Origin: Bacteroidales bacterium
Lineage (GTDB): Bacteria; Bacteroidota; Bacteroidia; Bacteroidales; VadinHA17
DNA: 64,000 nucleotides
NCBI GenBank assembly: GCA_038248855.1
Contig: JBBRXA010000007.1
Span: 5,997 to 69,996, forward strand
Direction of reading: 5' to 3'
Shown: positions 9,875 through 19,297 of the stretch, in pieces
How the letters are laid out: each line of letters starts with the position of its first letter
Numbering within the stretch: the first letter of the stretch is position 1
The notes under the pieces: model-generated
What the model saw: the letters and a program-made list of their open reading frames with translations, nothing else
Database searches by the model: none
What the model was told of the DNA's origin: nothing
Translations under genes and position numbers: made by a program

Positions 9875-10642
9875 TCATTTGAAACTCGGGAGTCCGTTAC
9901 GGGCAGTCTTGATCCTGTAGTTGAAGGTAAAACTGAAGGTTTGATATACATCATTGCGTGCAGAGAACCTCGGGCTGTGATATCCGTCAAGGTAATCCGA
10001 AAATGAATACCGGCCGCAAAACTCAACACCGAAGAGGATATTGGGATCGAATGTTACCTTGGCTCCAATTCCCAGGGGTATCACCGCCGTAAATCCGCTG
10101 TTTTTCTGATCTCGGAGGTCCAGGGCCTCATTTACCCTGGAATTGTATGAAGCTCCTCCCACACCTGCAAGTGCATATAAATCAATGCTGTTGAAAAAGT
10201 CCTTCAGATGATTCCTCGACCGGCCACGATAAGTCTGGAAGCTGTAGCTGTTGCGTTCCCTGTTCCTGATGATATAGTATTCGCCTATCAGTGCGGGTTC
10301 AAAGAGAGAGGTCAGCGCCTCATACCCGCGGCCTTCATTCGAGCCTCTTAAATCAGTGGCGCGAAGCATTACATAAGACAACGAAAGCCTTACGGCCAAC
10401 TCATCATAAACATAATACCTGAAAGTGCCGGACACGTTGAACCGTGTCTGTTTTAAAGTTATATCCTTGAAACCCAGAGCGTTCTCCCCAATTGTAAACC
10501 CCCCTACATCACCGTAGAACTGTGATGTGCCCAATCCGGCCGTAGCCTCATACCTTTTGCTCTTCCAGAGCTGTGCCTCTGCACGGGGCATCACCAGTAA
10601 CCCCAGAATTAACAGGGGGATGAGACGTTTCATTTTTAACAT
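9875..10642 (-). CDS. Outer-membrane beta-barrel protein (DUF6089/porin-like paralog)
   Basis: 255 aa with signal peptide MKRLIPLLILGLLVMPRAEAQ, beta-strand periodicity and a terminal aromatic-rich strand FSFTFNYRI. Confidence 0.6.
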   Translation of the reverse strand: MLKMKRLIPLLILGLLVMPRAEAQLWKSKRYEATAGLGTSQFYGDVGGFTIGENALGFKDITLKQTRFNVSGTFRYYVYDELAVRLSLSYVMLRATDLRGSNEGRGYEALTSLFEPALIGEYYIIRNRERNSYSFQTYRGRSRNHLKDFFNSIDLYALAGVGGASYNSRVNEALDLRDQKNSGFTAVIPLGIGAKVTFDPNILFGVEFCGRYSFSDYLDGYHSPRFSARNDVYQTFSFTFNYRIKTARNGLPSFK

Positions 10643-10710
10643 TATGGCAGTTCTGGCTACAAAGATAATTATTGTACAATATTAAAAACTTAATAATTCC
10701 TTAATTATTG

Positions 10711-11589
10711 TCAGTTACGGGGATCAGCACCCCACATCAGCTTATCGCGGATAGTGGAGAAAAAATCATTTCCGTTGAGTGTTACAGTTTGCAGTTTTCT
10801 GGAAGGCTGCCTTATCGACAGTCTTGCTCCCATAGGTGTTTTTATGGCTTTCGAGTCACAGGTGATCAGGAATTCACTGCTTCTCCCGTCTGTCTCCAGG
10901 GTGATCCGGCTTCCGCCGGTGACTATTATCGGCCTGACGGTCAGGTTGTGGGGCGACATGGGTACGATGATTATGCTTTCATCGGAAGGAGAGAGTATCG
11001 GACCTCCCACACTCAGGTTATAGGCTGTGGAGCCTGTGGATGATGAAATTATCAGACCATCGGCACGGTATGTATTCAGGAAGATGTCATTGACATGAAC
11101 CGTGATTGTGATCATTCTCTGGTCTGCCTTCTGTACAGTCACCTCATTCAGTGCCAGGGAGGTTAAATCGCCAAAGAGGTTTTCGGGCTCAACGACTTCC
11201 AGCAATGACCTGTGAATGATCTCATAATGCCCCGAGCAGAGCATCCCGACAGCTCCCGGGATGTCATCATCGGGTATATTTGCAAGGAAGCCGAGCCTGC
11301 CGGTATTGATACCGGCTACAGGGATATCCGTTTCTCTCACTTTCATGGCAGTCTCAAGGAAAGTGCCGTCACCTCCAACACTTATGATGAGATGCACGTC
11401 GGCAGGCACCTGCGAAACATCATCGATGAGGGTGACACGGGCGTCAGCTGCAAATTTCTCCTTACCACTGCCCATAATAGTCAGCCAGATACCCGCTCCC
11501 CTGCCGTCAAGGGCATCAATGAGACGTAAAAGCCCCGCCATCGTCTTCTCAGTCAGGTCTTTGCTGAACAGTGCTATTTTTCTTGACAT
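10711..11589 (-). CDS. nadK: NAD+ kinase
   Basis: 292 aa with GGDGTFL and the STGSTAYNLSVGGPI motif. Confidence 0.9.
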   Translation of the reverse strand: MSRKIALFSKDLTEKTMAGLLRLIDALDGRGAGIWLTIMGSGKEKFAADARVTLIDDVSQVPADVHLIISVGGDGTFLETAMKVRETDIPVAGINTGRLGFLANIPDDDIPGAVGMLCSGHYEIIHRSLLEVVEPENLFGDLTSLALNEVTVQKADQRMITITVHVNDIFLNTYRADGLIISSSTGSTAYNLSVGGPILSPSDESIIIVPMSPHNLTVRPIIVTGGSRITLETDGRSSEFLITCDSKAIKTPMGARLSIRQPSRKLQTVTLNGNDFFSTIRDKLMWGADPRN

Positions 11590-11597
11590 CTTACCGG

Positions 11598-12263
11598 TTA
11601 AATATTAAGGTACTTCATCAGCATGTTGTACCTGTCAGTATAAAAACGGTCCAGCTCATCATTCTCGGAGACCCAGGTGGTGACTTCGTAGGAATACCTT
11701 TCAAATGTTTTGATTATCGAAGTGAGATTTACGGTGTTCACCTTGAGGGTAATCTCCAGGCTTGTGGATTCAGGTTTCGAGGTGATGTACATGCTCAGTA
11801 TCCTGGCATCATTGCTCTCTATGATCTGGGAGATGCGGCTCATCGAGTAATCACGTTCCAGGACCTGGAGTATGACCAGACCGCCTGGCTGTTCAATTGA
11901 TGCGAGCGAAGCCATATGGCTGATTATCTCATTGTAGGTGACTGATCCCCTGTAATGGCTGTTTTCATCAAGGACCGGCACCACTGTAAGCTTGTGCCGC
12001 GCCGCCAGGGAGATAACCTCATATATGTGGCGCGTGTCGATGACGAATGGCCTGGGGAGAGAGAGCTCGTGGTTCCCGATAGGTTCATCAGGCATGTTCA
12101 TGTCATAGATATCGCTGTCAGATATGAGGCCGAGGTAGTCAAGCTCGTTCACAATGGGGAGATGCGACACCCTGAATATCTCCATCCAGTTCAGCGCCGT
12201 CTGCGCCGTATCTGAGGTCTTCAGGGAAGGAATCACATCTGATATCATATCTTTTGCCACCAT
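11598..12263 (-). CDS. CBS-domain protein
   Basis: Tandem CBS-like segments (HLPIV...LGLISDSDI, VPVLDENSHYRGSVTYNEI) plus a C-terminal small domain. ATG 12263 is preferred over TTG 12275. Confidence 0.75.
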   Translation of the reverse strand: MVAKDMISDVIPSLKTSDTAQTALNWMEIFRVSHLPIVNELDYLGLISDSDIYDMNMPDEPIGNHELSLPRPFVIDTRHIYEVISLAARHKLTVVPVLDENSHYRGSVTYNEIISHMASLASIEQPGGLVILQVLERDYSMSRISQIIESNDARILSMYITSKPESTSLEITLKVNTVNLTSIIKTFERYSYEVTTWVSENDELDRFYTDRYNMLMKYLNI

Positions 12264-12311
12264 CGTCAGCTTCAATTAAGGAATAAAAGTACAAAAAACT
12301 GCGGATCGTTA

Positions 12312-12319
12312 TAACTTTG
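12312..12319 (+). promoter_or_regulatory. Candidate -7 promoter box (TAACTTTG) for pdxJ
   Basis: Matches TAnnTTTG 24 nt upstream of the pdxJ ATG. Confidence 0.35.
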
Positions 12320-12343
12320 CATTCATAATTAGAGAACGGCAGG

Positions 12344-13066
12344 ATGACAAGGTTAAGTGTAAACATCAATAAGATTGCGACGTTAAGAAATGCTCGTGGT
12401 GGTAACGTTCCGGACGTAAAGGTTGCTGCCGTGAAATGCCAGAACTTTGGTGCTGAAGGCATTACAGTCCATCCCAGACCTGATGAACGTCATATAAGAT
12501 ACCGGGATGTATATGAAATAAAGGATATCATAACGACTGAGTTCAACATCGAGGGCAATCCGGGCAGGGAGTTCATCAAACTTGTTTACGATGTTCTGCC
12601 TGACCAGGTAACGCTTGTGCCTGATGCGCATGATGCCGTAACGTCGAATGCAGGATGGGATACGAAGACCAATCTTACATTTCTGCAGGATGTAATTTCC
12701 GGTTTCAGGGAAAAGGGTATACGCACCTCGATATTTGTGGGCACCGATGATGAGATGATCGGTTATGCTGCACAGACCGGAACAGACCGTGTCGAGTTGT
12801 ACACTGAGCCGTATGCTTCGCTGTTCCCTGCCGACAGGGAGGCTGCAGTGGCTCCGTTTGTCAGGGCTGCTGAACTTGCACGGTCACTTGGAATGGGCCT
12901 GAACGCCGGACATGACCTCGATCTTAATAACCTGCGCTGGCTGCATCAGCATATTCCTTTCCTGATGGAGGTATCTATAGGCCATGCCCTGATTGCCGAC
13001 GCCCTGTACCTGGGCCTGGAGAACACGGTACAGATGTACCTCAGGGAGTTGAAGTATAGCACCTGA
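12344..13066 (+). CDS. pdxJ: Pyridoxine 5'-phosphate synthase
   Basis: 240 aa with [30 protein letters not shown] and EVSIGHALI motifs. Confidence 0.93.
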   Translation: MTRLSVNINKIATLRNARGGNVPDVKVAAVKCQNFGAEGITVHPRPDERHIRYRDVYEIKDIITTEFNIEGNPGREFIKLVYDVLPDQVTLVPDAHDAVTSNAGWDTKTNLTFLQDVISGFREKGIRTSIFVGTDDEMIGYAAQTGTDRVELYTEPYASLFPADREAAVAPFVRAAELARSLGMGLNAGHDLDLNNLRWLHQHIPFLMEVSIGHALIADALYLGLENTVQMYLRELKYST

Positions 13067-13083
13067 TTACTTCAGGTGTTTTT
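13060..13083 (+). terminator. Hairpin plus T-tract spanning the pdxJ and udk stop codons
   Basis: CACCTGA-TTACT-TCAGGTG followed by TTTTT. The pdxJ TGA (13064-66) and the udk stop (13067-69) both lie inside the hairpin. Confidence 0.5.
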
Positions 13084-13675
13084 CAACGATGGTTCGCAGC
13101 ACCTCGATCCCGACCACATTGTCTCCTCCCCCGGGGATAATGATGTCAGCATAACGCTTTGACGGTTCTATGAACTGCAGGTGTGACGGTTTGACTGTCT
13201 CACCGTAACGCGCCAGTACCTGCAGTACAGACCTGCCTCGCTCTATGATGTCACGCTGTATGACTCTTCCGAGTCTGTCATCGGCGTCGGCATCAACAAA
13301 AACCTTAATATCAAGCATTGACCGCAAGCCCGGATCCGTAAGCACCAGGATGCCCTCGACAACAACCACATGGGCCGGAGAGACAGGAAGGGTCTCCTTC
13401 GAGCGGAGGCAGGTGAGATACGAATATAATGGCATCTCTATTGGCCGGCCAGCCCGAAGTTCGGCAAGGTGTGCCATCAGCAGCGGCCACTCCACAGATT
13501 CGGGATGGTCAAAATTGATTTTTTGACGCTCCTCAATCGATATTCCCTGGTTATCTTTGTAGTAGGCGTCCTGCGGAAGGATCACCACCTCGCCGGGAGG
13601 AAGCATCTCGATCAGTTTACGAACCACGGTTGTCTTTCCCGAGCCCGTGCCTCCGGCAATTCCTACGATAAGCAT
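13067..13675 (-). CDS. udk: Uridine kinase
   Basis: 202 aa with P-loop GIAGGTGSGKTT and NFDHPES motifs. Confidence 0.9.
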   Translation of the reverse strand: MLIVGIAGGTGSGKTTVVRKLIEMLPPGEVVILPQDAYYKDNQGISIEERQKINFDHPESVEWPLLMAHLAELRAGRPIEMPLYSYLTCLRSKETLPVSPAHVVVVEGILVLTDPGLRSMLDIKVFVDADADDRLGRVIQRDIIERGRSVLQVLARYGETVKPSHLQFIEPSKRYADIIIPGGGDNVVGIEVLRTIVEKHLK

Positions 13676-13683
13676 AAAATGAT

Positions 13684-13691
13684 TATTTTTG
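13684..13691 (+). promoter_or_regulatory. Candidate -7 promoter box (TATTTTTG) for the Dabb-manA unit
   Basis: TAnnTTTG match 48 nt upstream of ATG 13740. Confidence 0.3.
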
Positions 13692-13739
13692 TACTAAATC
13701 CGTTTGTCAACTTAGTCTCAAATGTAGCAAATTATATAA

Positions 13740-14042
13740 ATGATAAAGCATATCGTCATCTTCAGGCTGACACCACCATACACACACGAAGAAAAAGAGG
13801 CCTCGGTAAAAAAACTCAGGGATATTTTTGAGCCATTGGGCAAAAGCCTGAAGTTCCCGCTTGAATTCAGGACAGGAGTAAACGTCCTGAATGCGGAGCA
13901 TGCCGGTGACTTTGTGATTGACTCTCTCTTTGCCAGTGAAGCAGACCTGAAGCGGTACATCCGGAGTGCAGAACACGTGGCGGCCGTTAATGCAGCTTCT
14001 GCAGTCAGAAAAACGAAGGTCACCGTTGACTACGTACTTTGA
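13740..14042 (+). CDS. Dabb (stress-responsive alpha/beta barrel) domain protein
   Basis: 100 aa starting MIKHIVIFRL... and containing SEADLKRYIRSAEH, typical of the Dabb fold family. Confidence 0.75.
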   Translation: MIKHIVIFRLTPPYTHEEKEASVKKLRDIFEPLGKSLKFPLEFRTGVNVLNAEHAGDFVIDSLFASEADLKRYIRSAEHVAAVNAASAVRKTKVTVDYVL

Positions 14043-14045
14043 AGC

Positions 14046-15026
14046 ATGAACACACTCTATCCCATTAAATTCAAGCCTGTTCTCAGGGAGTCAATCTGGG
14101 GAGGCAGCGCTCTGCACGAACGCTATGGCAAGGAGAGCAAACCCGGAAAAACAATAGGCGAAAGCTGGGAGATAACGGGGATGACCGGAGAGAGCTCGGT
14201 AGTCGCCAACGGTTTTCTGAAGGGCAACACTCTCGAAGAGATCACAGAGATTTATATGGGTGACCTCATCGGCGACGGGCCATTTGAGAAGTTCGGCACC
14301 GAGTTCCCGCTACTGATAAAATTCATCGATGCCCGTGATAAACTGTCGATTCAGGTGCATCCGGGAGATCAGCTTGCCTTTGAACGTCATCACGCCTGGG
14401 GCAAAACCGAGATGTGGTATGTTCTTGATGCCGTGAATAATGCCGTGATATTCACCGGGTTCAGGCACAAGACATCAAAGGAAGAATATCTGAAGCATCT
14501 TGACGCCAGGAGTCTTGAGTCTCTTATCAATGTAACCCCGGTAAAGGCCGGAGATGCCTTTTTCATTCCGGCAGGAATGGTTCATGCAATAGGTGCCGGA
14601 GTTATCCTCACCGAAATTCAGCAAACTTCGGATGTCACCTACCGCATCTATGACTGGGACAGGGTTGACACCCTGGGAGAGAGGCGTGAAATGCACACTG
14701 AGCTTGCTCTCGATGCCATAAATTTCGATCTTGACACTACCGGACTCATCAGGGAAATTCCTGAGGTAAACCGCCCTCTCAAACTTGCCGATTGCAGGTA
14801 TTTCCATACCAGCCTGATCCGCATTAACGTCCCGGTCATCAAAGACTACAGTCTGATTGACTCGTTTGTCATTTACATCTGTACCGAAAGCACGGTGCTG
14901 GTAGAGTGCTTCGGCAACACTGAAAAACTCAATGCCGGGGAGACTGTTCTGATACCGGCTTCCGCAGACAGCGTGACCCTGATACCGGTGGGCACTGCAA
15001 CAATTCTTGAAGTATTCATACCCTAA
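14046..15026 (+). CDS. manA: Class I mannose-6-phosphate isomerase (cupin)
   Basis: 326 aa with PLLIKFIDARDKLSIQVHP, KTEMWYVL and HAIGAG motifs. Confidence 0.85.
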   Translation: MNTLYPIKFKPVLRESIWGGSALHERYGKESKPGKTIGESWEITGMTGESSVVANGFLKGNTLEEITEIYMGDLIGDGPFEKFGTEFPLLIKFIDARDKLSIQVHPGDQLAFERHHAWGKTEMWYVLDAVNNAVIFTGFRHKTSKEEYLKHLDARSLESLINVTPVKAGDAFFIPAGMVHAIGAGVILTEIQQTSDVTYRIYDWDRVDTLGERREMHTELALDAINFDLDTTGLIREIPEVNRPLKLADCRYFHTSLIRINVPVIKDYSLIDSFVIYICTESTVLVECFGNTEKLNAGETVLIPASADSVTLIPVGTATILEVFIP

Positions 15027-15037
15027 AACACAATGAC

Positions 15038-15796
15038 ATGAAACCTGTAATCACATTCTTAATGACATTATTGATCGTTGCAGCATTTTCCTGCACCGGG
15101 GGAAATCCGGGTGACGGAGGAGGACGAAAAGAAAAACAGGCGGCGGACACAGGTTATACCGGGATGAAAAACTACATGAGAGACGGGGTAAAGGTCAAGG
15201 AGGTGCACTTCACCAACGGGATCAGGGAAGGAATGACGCGGACCTTTTACCGCGGAGGCGTCACGGAGCAGGAGATACCGTACAGCGACGGTGCCAGGAA
15301 CGGAGAGGCAAAATGGTTCTATCCTGACAGCAAACTCTTCAGGGTCACTCCTTATGAAAATGACACTATCAACGGTGCCCAGATACAGTATTACAAGAGC
15401 GGGAGGGTCAAGGCAAGGATAAACTACGTCAACGGCAACAGGTCACCCCTGCTTGATGAATATGCTATGTCAGGGGTTAAAGTCATTGATTATCCGGAAG
15501 TAACTTACAGGGTGACAGACCTGTACAGGGAAAGGGGCATTTATAAGATCTTCGTTGAGATGTCAGATCTCACTGAAAATGTAAATTACTACAGGGGCGA
15601 TTTTGTCAATGGCCTTGTTGACCTCTCAGTCTGCAAAACGTTGCTTCAGACGGCAACCACAGGCTACCTCGACATGAAAAAGAGTGACAGCACAGGGGCA
15701 GATTCAGTTGTTGTCATTGCGGCCTATCTTACGGGTTTCGGTAACAGGCTCTACTACAGAATTGCAATCCCCCTACCGTATAAAGACCTTAACTGA
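15038..15796 (+). CDS. Lipoprotein with MORN-variant (YwqK-like) repeats and an unassigned C-terminal domain
   Basis: Lipobox MTLLIVAAFSC. Repeats of the form G.REG....Y..G / G.R.GE.K.FY / NG..I.YY.SG. Confidence 0.65.
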   Translation: MKPVITFLMTLLIVAAFSCTGGNPGDGGGRKEKQAADTGYTGMKNYMRDGVKVKEVHFTNGIREGMTRTFYRGGVTEQEIPYSDGARNGEAKWFYPDSKLFRVTPYENDTINGAQIQYYKSGRVKARINYVNGNRSPLLDEYAMSGVKVIDYPEVTYRVTDLYRERGIYKIFVEMSDLTENVNYYRGDFVNGLVDLSVCKTLLQTATTGYLDMKKSDSTGADSVVVIAAYLTGFGNRLYYRIAIPLPYKDLN

Positions 15797-15828
15797 TGGG
15801 GTCATTGCGGAGATAAAATAAAAGCAGA

Positions 15829-16437
15829 ATGATAATTAAAAGTGCTTCATACGTAACCAGCAGTGCCAAAATAAGCCAGTGCCCCCCTCCTGACATGCCG
15901 GAATATGCATTTATAGGCCGTTCCAATGTTGGCAAGTCTTCACTGATCAATATGATTGTAACGAAGAAGGGTCTGGCGAAGATCTCGGGCACCCCCGGCA
16001 AGACCCGCACCGTCAATCATTTTATAATAAATGACAGCTGGTATCTTGTAGACCTTCCGGGTTACGGGTATGCCCGGGCATCACAGAAGCAGAGAGAGGA
16101 ATGGAGCAGGCTCATTAACACCTATGTCGCAAAACGTGAAAATCTCATTTCGCTGTTTGTGCTGATTGATGCCAGGCACGAGCCTATCGCCTCCGACCTT
16201 GAGTTCATGGAGAAAATGGCCCTCAACGGTGTCCCCTTTGCGAGGGTATTCACCAAGGCTGACAAGGCCGGGCAGCGGGAGACAGAAAAGAACCTGGCAC
16301 AGCATAATAAAATAATGCTTGAAAAGTGGGAGAGCCTTCCCGTTACCTTCGTCACCTCAGCCACCAAAGGAAAAGGACGTGATGAGTTACTAGACTATAT
16401 CTCGGAGACAATGAAATTTTTCAAAAAGGAAAAATGA
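15829..16437 (+). CDS. engB: Ribosome-biogenesis GTPase YihA/EngB
   Basis: 202 aa with GRSNVGKSSLIN, DLPGYGYA and TKADK GTPase motifs. Confidence 0.9.
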   Translation: MIIKSASYVTSSAKISQCPPPDMPEYAFIGRSNVGKSSLINMIVTKKGLAKISGTPGKTRTVNHFIINDSWYLVDLPGYGYARASQKQREEWSRLINTYVAKRENLISLFVLIDARHEPIASDLEFMEKMALNGVPFARVFTKADKAGQRETEKNLAQHNKIMLEKWESLPVTFVTSATKGKGRDELLDYISETMKFFKKEK

Positions 16438-16497
16438 TTGGACCTTAAATGCTATTTTTACGGCGCCAGAATTTAATAACCTATTACCCCCTGACAT

Positions 16498-17436
16498 ATG
16501 ATCGGTAGAGCTCCCTTCAAGATTTTTTCGTGCCGTTCTTCCATAGGCATGGCAGAAACAATAGCAAAACATCTGGGGATTGAACTTGGCATCAGTTCTC
16601 TCACCCGGTTCAGTGACGGTGAATTTCAACCCTGCTTCGATGAGTCAGTCAGAGGTTGCCATGTTTTCATTGTTCAGTCCACCAATCCGCCTGCAGAGAA
16701 CCTGATGGAGCTTTTGCTGATGATTGATGCTGCAAAGAGGGCATCGGCATACAAGGTTAATGCAGTAATTCCCTATTACGGGTATGCCAGGCAGGACCGC
16801 AAGGACAGACCGCGAGTCTCGCTGGGTGCGAAGCTTACTGCTGACATGCTTACCAAGGCTGGTGTAGACCGCATCATAACGATGGATCTGCACGCTGACC
16901 AGATACAGGGCTTCTTTGACGTGCCTGTCGATCACCTCTTCGGCTCAGCCCTTTTCGCTCCGTATATCAGGAGTCTCAGACTGCCGAACCTTACAATTTC
17001 AGCACCGGACATGGGCGGATCAAAAAGAGCCAATGCCTATGCCAGGTTCCTGCAGAGCGAAATGGTACTTTGTTACAAGCTGAGAAAGAAGCCGAACATC
17101 GTGGAAGAGATATCCATAATAGGTGAAGTTGAGGGGCGTAACGTTGTCATCATTGATGACATGGTCGATACCGCCGGCACCCTGACATTCGCGGCCAGAG
17201 TAATGAAAGACCGCGGAGCCATAAGCGTAAGGGCAGTAGCCACCCACCCGGTACTTTCGGGTGACGCCATTGAAAAAATAGACAGTTCTCCGCTTGAGGA
17301 ACTGGTGGTGACTGACAGTATTCCCATTGTCAACAGTTCGCCTAAAATCAAGATCCTTCCGGTCGGAAATATCTTTGCCGAGGCAATAAAAGCCGTTTAT
17401 AGCAACAGTTCCATCAGCACCGGTTTTTTGTTTTAA
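16498..17436 (+). CDS. prs: Ribose-phosphate pyrophosphokinase
   Basis: 312 aa with YYGYARQDRK and the VIIDDMVDTAGT PRPP-binding loop. Confidence 0.93.
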   Translation: MIGRAPFKIFSCRSSIGMAETIAKHLGIELGISSLTRFSDGEFQPCFDESVRGCHVFIVQSTNPPAENLMELLLMIDAAKRASAYKVNAVIPYYGYARQDRKDRPRVSLGAKLTADMLTKAGVDRIITMDLHADQIQGFFDVPVDHLFGSALFAPYIRSLRLPNLTISAPDMGGSKRANAYARFLQSEMVLCYKLRKKPNIVEEISIIGEVEGRNVVIIDDMVDTAGTLTFAARVMKDRGAISVRAVATHPVLSGDAIEKIDSSPLEELVVTDSIPIVNSSPKIKILPVGNIFAEAIKAVYSNSSISTGFLF

Positions 17437-17446
17437 GGTTTTTCAC

Positions 17447-17454
17447 TATATTTG
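17447..17454 (+). promoter_or_regulatory. Candidate -7 promoter box (TATATTTG) for rplY-pth-hslR
   Basis: TAnnTTTG match 82 nt upstream of the rplY ATG. Confidence 0.35.
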
Positions 17455-17536
17455 CAGGCCAATTTTTAAAAATGTCCAACGTGCAATGGGAGGTTGCCTG
17501 GCATGTAACCTTGAGTAGCACAACAAATTAAAGACA

Positions 17537-18163
17537 ATGAAAACTATTGAAATCAAAGCCGTACCAAGGGAAAATTTTGGAAAGAAGGACACAAAAAGCC
17601 TGCGTGTCAATGACAATGTTCCGTGTGTAATGTACGGCGGCAAGGAGAATATTCACTTCTATGCTCATGAAAATGAATTTCGCTCACTGATTTATACACC
17701 GGATGTGCACCTTGTTAACCTGCAGGTTGGCGGGGCGAGCTACAATGTGGTTCTGAAAGACCTTCAGTTTCACCCGGTTTCTGACAAACTGCTTCATATC
17801 GACTTTATTGAGGTATTTGAAGATAAACCTGTATTGATTGCTATTCCTATCATGCTCACCGGCGAATCATCAGGAGTGAAGGCCGGCGGAAGACTCAACC
17901 TCAAGCGCAGAAGCCTTAAGATCAAGGGATTCATAAAGGATTGTCCCGAGCACCTGGAGATTGACATAACAGGTCTTGAGATCGGTCAGTCATTGAAGAT
18001 CGGCGATCTTAAATATGAAAATCTCGAGATCATGGAAAACAAGAAATCCATGATCGTAGGTGTGGCTACCTCACGCGTAGTACAGAAAGAAGAAGGAGCT
18101 GAGGGCGCTGTTGCTGAAGGCGCTGAGGCACCCGCAGAACCGGCTGCTGCCGCCACTAAATAA
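17537..18163 (+). CDS. rplY: 50S ribosomal protein L25/Ctc form
   Basis: 208 aa with the R..FGK...LR..G.VP.V.YG signature and an Ala/Glu-rich C-terminal tail. Confidence 0.9.
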   Translation: MKTIEIKAVPRENFGKKDTKSLRVNDNVPCVMYGGKENIHFYAHENEFRSLIYTPDVHLVNLQVGGASYNVVLKDLQFHPVSDKLLHIDFIEVFEDKPVLIAIPIMLTGESSGVKAGGRLNLKRRSLKIKGFIKDCPEHLEIDITGLEIGQSLKIGDLKYENLEIMENKKSMIVGVATSRVVQKEEGAEGAVAEGAEAPAEPAAAATK

Positions 18164-18171
18164 GGAGCACC

Positions 18172-18780
18172 TTGAAATATCTTATCGCCGGTCTTGGCAA
18201 CATAGGCGAAGAGTACGAAAATACGCGACACAATGTCGGATTCATGATATTGGATGCACTTGCAGGTGCGTCCAATATCTCTTTTACAGACCGCCGCTAC
18301 GGGGCGGTTGCCGAGCTGAAGCACAGGGGCAGGACGCTTGTGCTGCTTAAACCGTCAACATTTATGAACCGCAGCGGAAACGCCGTGGATTACTGGCTGA
18401 AGAAGGAAAAGATACCGCTTGAAAATTTTCTTGTGGTGACTGATGACCTGGCAATACCAACGGGAAGCATACGTCTGAGAGCCAGGGGAAGTCACGGAGG
18501 GCATAACGGCCTCGCAAGCATAAGCGAGACCCTGGGTTCAGATGACTACCCCCGCCTGCGGGTAGGCATAGGGAGCGAATTCCCGAGAGGCAGGCAGGTT
18601 GACTATGTGCTCGGAAAGTGGTCGGAAGAGGAGATGTCAGTTATGAAAAAAAGAGTGCCGCTGGCTGTGGAAATGGTGAAGTCATTTGCAATAGCAGGGT
18701 GCGAACTGACAATGACGGCATTCAATAAATCGGGTAAAACGCTGTCTGACGATGGAGACAAGGGAGACAAGGATAGATAA
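18172..18780 (+). CDS. pth: Peptidyl-tRNA hydrolase (with a charged C-terminal extension)
   Basis: MKYLIAGLGNIG..Y..TRHNVGF and GGHNGL motifs. The tail ...LSDDGDKGDKDR overlaps hslR by 29 nt. Confidence 0.92.
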   Translation: MKYLIAGLGNIGEEYENTRHNVGFMILDALAGASNISFTDRRYGAVAELKHRGRTLVLLKPSTFMNRSGNAVDYWLKKEKIPLENFLVVTDDLAIPTGSIRLRARGSHGGHNGLASISETLGSDDYPRLRVGIGSEFPRGRQVDYVLGKWSEEEMSVMKKRVPLAVEMVKSFAIAGCELTMTAFNKSGKTLSDDGDKGDKDR

Positions 18781-19129
18781 ATACCTGTGGGCGGTGCGAC
18801 TGTTTAAATCCAGAAGCTCCGCCTCGGAAGCATGCAGAAAAGGCAGGGTGACAATCGGAGGCAATCCCGTCAAACCTTCACACGGCGTAACCACAGGAGA
18901 CACCCTCATCATCAGGAAACCTCCCGTCACTTATACATATCTTGTCAAGGGACTGATTGAAAACAGGGTGGGCGCCAAACTGGTTGCTGAATACATTACA
19001 GACCTTACTCCTGAAGAAGAGAAGAACAGATTAAAGCCCGAAAGCGGATCTTTCTTCGGGTACAGGCCAAGAGGCTCGGGGCGCCCCACAAAGAGAGAGC
19101 GAAGAGACCTCGGAAACTTCCTGGATTAA
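18752..19129 (+). CDS. hslR: S4-domain RNA-binding heat-shock protein Hsp15-like
   Basis: RIDKYLWAVRLFKSRS S4 motif. Conserved position after pth. Confidence 0.8.
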   Translation: METRETRIDKYLWAVRLFKSRSSASEACRKGRVTIGGNPVKPSHGVTTGDTLIIRKPPVTYTYLVKGLIENRVGAKLVAEYITDLTPEEEKNRLKPESGSFFGYRPRGSGRPTKRERRDLGNFLD

Positions 19130-19297
19130 AACTTCACACTGCCTCATTTATGGTGGTATAAATACCTAAAAACAGCTCCTCAGCTTTAAGAAATTCATTC
19201 ACCTTAAGCGTCGGGCTTATTCTTTTTCTACCTTCGGGAGTCGGATTGGCTCTGCGTTGGAGTCCGTTTATTCAAGGATAAAAAACCTGCTTCAGGT

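Noticed and set aside
19130-19297. 168-bp spacer after hslR as a possible small RNA or riboswitch
   Set aside because: It contains only weak 4-bp stems and a direct GGAGTC duplication. I saw no recognisable riboswitch core or terminator, so the evidence is insufficient.
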